Part shown: positions 61,938 to 64,000 of the stretch, piece by piece | Position numbering within the stretch: the first letter of the stretch is position 1 | Layout of the letters: the number at the start of each line of letters is the position of its first letter | Assembly (NCBI RefSeq): GCF_018350175.1 | Contig: NC_058368.1 | Location: forward strand, 149,484,001 to 149,548,000 | DNA length: 64,000 bases | Reading direction: 5' to 3' | From: Felis catus | Taxonomy: Eukaryota | Made by a program: the position numbers and the translations under genes | The notes under the pieces: model-generated | Told to the model about the DNA's origin: nothing | What the model saw: the letters and a program-made list of their open reading frames with translations, nothing else | The model's database searches: none

Positions 61938-62619
61938 GGTACTGAAGTTTGCTAGGGCTATATTTTTCGATCCCAGGGCATTCTACTTTTCTAAAATGCA
62001 ATTCTCCACTCGAATACAATATTTTGGTTTTGTCTGCTTGATTTTTTATATGTTGACAACATTCTGTTGTTTCAACAGAGTTTTGTAGACTTAGTATGGT
62101 GCTCCTTTCCAGTCTGTTCATCGAGGTATTCTCCCTTAGCAAAGTGGCCAGATAAGTCTGAATCCATTAGTGATCTGCCCCTTTGGATGATACTGATGAT
62201 CATGGTTTCCAGACTAAGAACTTGGATGCTTCATTTAATAAATAAAGGTTCTGATACATGGCATAAAGCCCCCAATGTCTTTAGATGGAAGCCTCAAATG
62301 CACTTGATCCACTCTTTCCATAAACCAGAAGTAGGATGTGCATGTTGAACTATAGTCCTTTTATTTTTATTTTTATTTTTTTTTGGAACATTGGGTTTAA
62401 CATTGAGTTGTGCTTGGTAAAACCTCTCCCAAAAATTTGACTTTGAGTCCCTTCTAGGCCTCAATTTATCCCTGAATTGGGTACTTATTCATTCAACACA
62501 TATTTAATAAACAACATTAGTCACTGAACTTTAATTATAAGTTGAAAAATGAATGGTAAACAAAATATTTTGATGTCTGTAGTTCTGTAGAGAAAATAGT
62601 TAGTCAAATCATAAAATAC

Positions 62620-63482
62620 CATTTTAGCCTTTCCCACCTCCTTTCTCTCCTTCTTGGCTTTCCTGTTTACTGTCCCTTGATTTTCACCCCAAAAGCTCAT
62701 TCATGGTCTCTTTTTTTCTCTCTCTACCTCTTTTCTGGAGTTTTATCCTCAGCCCTATATCCTGCAATACTAAACCCTCTCCCCAAGGGAGTCAACACAC
62801 CTCATGACTTCAACTTTTATCTGTGTGCTGAGGATTCCAAAAAGGTCTTTCTCTTTCTCAGATCTCTCCCCCACTACCTCACCTTGTAAGAACCCACTAA
62901 GTCCCTAACCACATCTTGGAATCCATGTCCTTGTCACAAAAGCACTTTCACGGAATGAATACTCTGATATTATTCTAATTGTGTCCCTTCTCATTTCACT
63001 CCCCCTCGTCACTTATTCTGTAATAAAATTTTTAGAATGCAAAAATTATCATGCCATTTCATATCTAAAATCCCTGATGGTGTCCCAAAGAGGTAATCTA
63101 AGAACCTTACTATGACACACAGCTAGAAACATCTCCTTCCACTTCTCCACATGCTAAACTTCATTTTTAAAAATATGCCATCAGGTTTTCATAATGCTAC
63201 TTCATCCTTTAGGCTATTTTGCTCAAAATATTCTGCCTCCTTATACTCAGCATTTAAGATTTAATTCAAATAATACCACCTTCGTGAAACCCCCAAAGCT
63301 TCTAGGCAGAGTTAGTCACCTCTTTTTATACTGTTTTCCCAATGATATACTTACATTAAAGCATCTATCAGAATGCATTATGAGTTTACAATGTCATCTA
63401 TCTTGATAATCTCAGTATATAGCAAAAGAGATGGAAAAATAGTAGATGTCGAATAAGTATTTATTGAATATGGCTAAATAAG
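62620..63482 (+). mobile_element. Decayed L2 with 3' end
   Basis: 'catgacttcaacttttatctgtgtgctgaggattccaaa', 'atagtagatgtcgaataagtatttattgaat'. Confidence 0.68.
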
Positions 63483-64000
63483 AGAATATCTCTGTAGTGT
63501 ATGTGTGTATTTAGGTGTTTTATGGTACAGGCTACTTTGGAAGAATGAAAATTTCCTTTCTCATCCTTTGGATGGAGAGAGGGGAACAGGAAAAAGAAGG
63601 GAAACTCCGAGTAAAATACTTTTGGCAGAAGTAAAGAGTAAAAGTTTTAAATAGAACCTGCCTACTTACTGATGATGTTTCAAATAGAATAGGGGGTTAT
63701 TAATCACAGATCTAGAATTGGCCTCTATTTGTTTTGATAGGTTTAGGATTAGATTTGCTCACCAGAGAGGAACTCATGATAGCTGTGGTATAAATACTTT
63801 TGAAGTCTGCCCCTTTCTGTCATAAAAGCCCAGGCTAAGCGGCACATCACAGTGTCAAAGAACATGTCTCCTTTTGTCTTGTTGCTCTGTCACATGGAGC
63901 TTCAACTTCATGCTCCATAACAACACATGTATATTCCAAGAAGCAGAAGAAGGAGTGAAGGAAGCATAGAACAAAGATTATATGAGCATTATTTCCTAAA

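Noticed and set aside
61795..62142. 115-aa minus-strand ORF
   Set aside because: Held open by a (CAAAA)n simple repeat
1..64000. CRISPR array, operon or other prokaryote-type system
   Set aside because: Mammalian repeat-rich DNA with no regularly spaced repeat-spacer array and no long ORFs

Overview
AT-rich, gene-poor mammalian DNA. The carnivore tRNA-derived SINEs look like the felid SINEC_Fc families and the L1 3' ends look felid/carnivore, so a cat-family genome is inferred. The window opens with an EcoRI site (GAATTC), as expected at a clone end. I found no CpG island, no multi-exon protein-coding gene I can recognise and no structural RNA gene. Most ORFs in the track are chance frames or read-throughs of SINE, L1 or ERV sequence. 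A large share of the window is interspersed repeat: 15 Can-SINEs (many with target-site duplications), several L1 pieces, L2, MIR, MaLR/ERVL LTRs and small DNA transposons. The most informative element is a decayed minus-strand class III (ERVL-like) provirus at 6463-9846 with two LTRs, a tRNA-Ser-type primer site, and protease, tether, RNase H and integrase motifs but no RT core. Other points of note are a ~45-bp templated duplication into a MIR, three inverted SINE pairs, one very young SINE, a cluster of fold-backs at 27.8-28.0 kb and several unproven exon-like segments. I do not see convincing evidence of a new biological system. Repeat subfamily names come from memory of consensus sequences, not from a search, and boundaries of old repeats are approximate.
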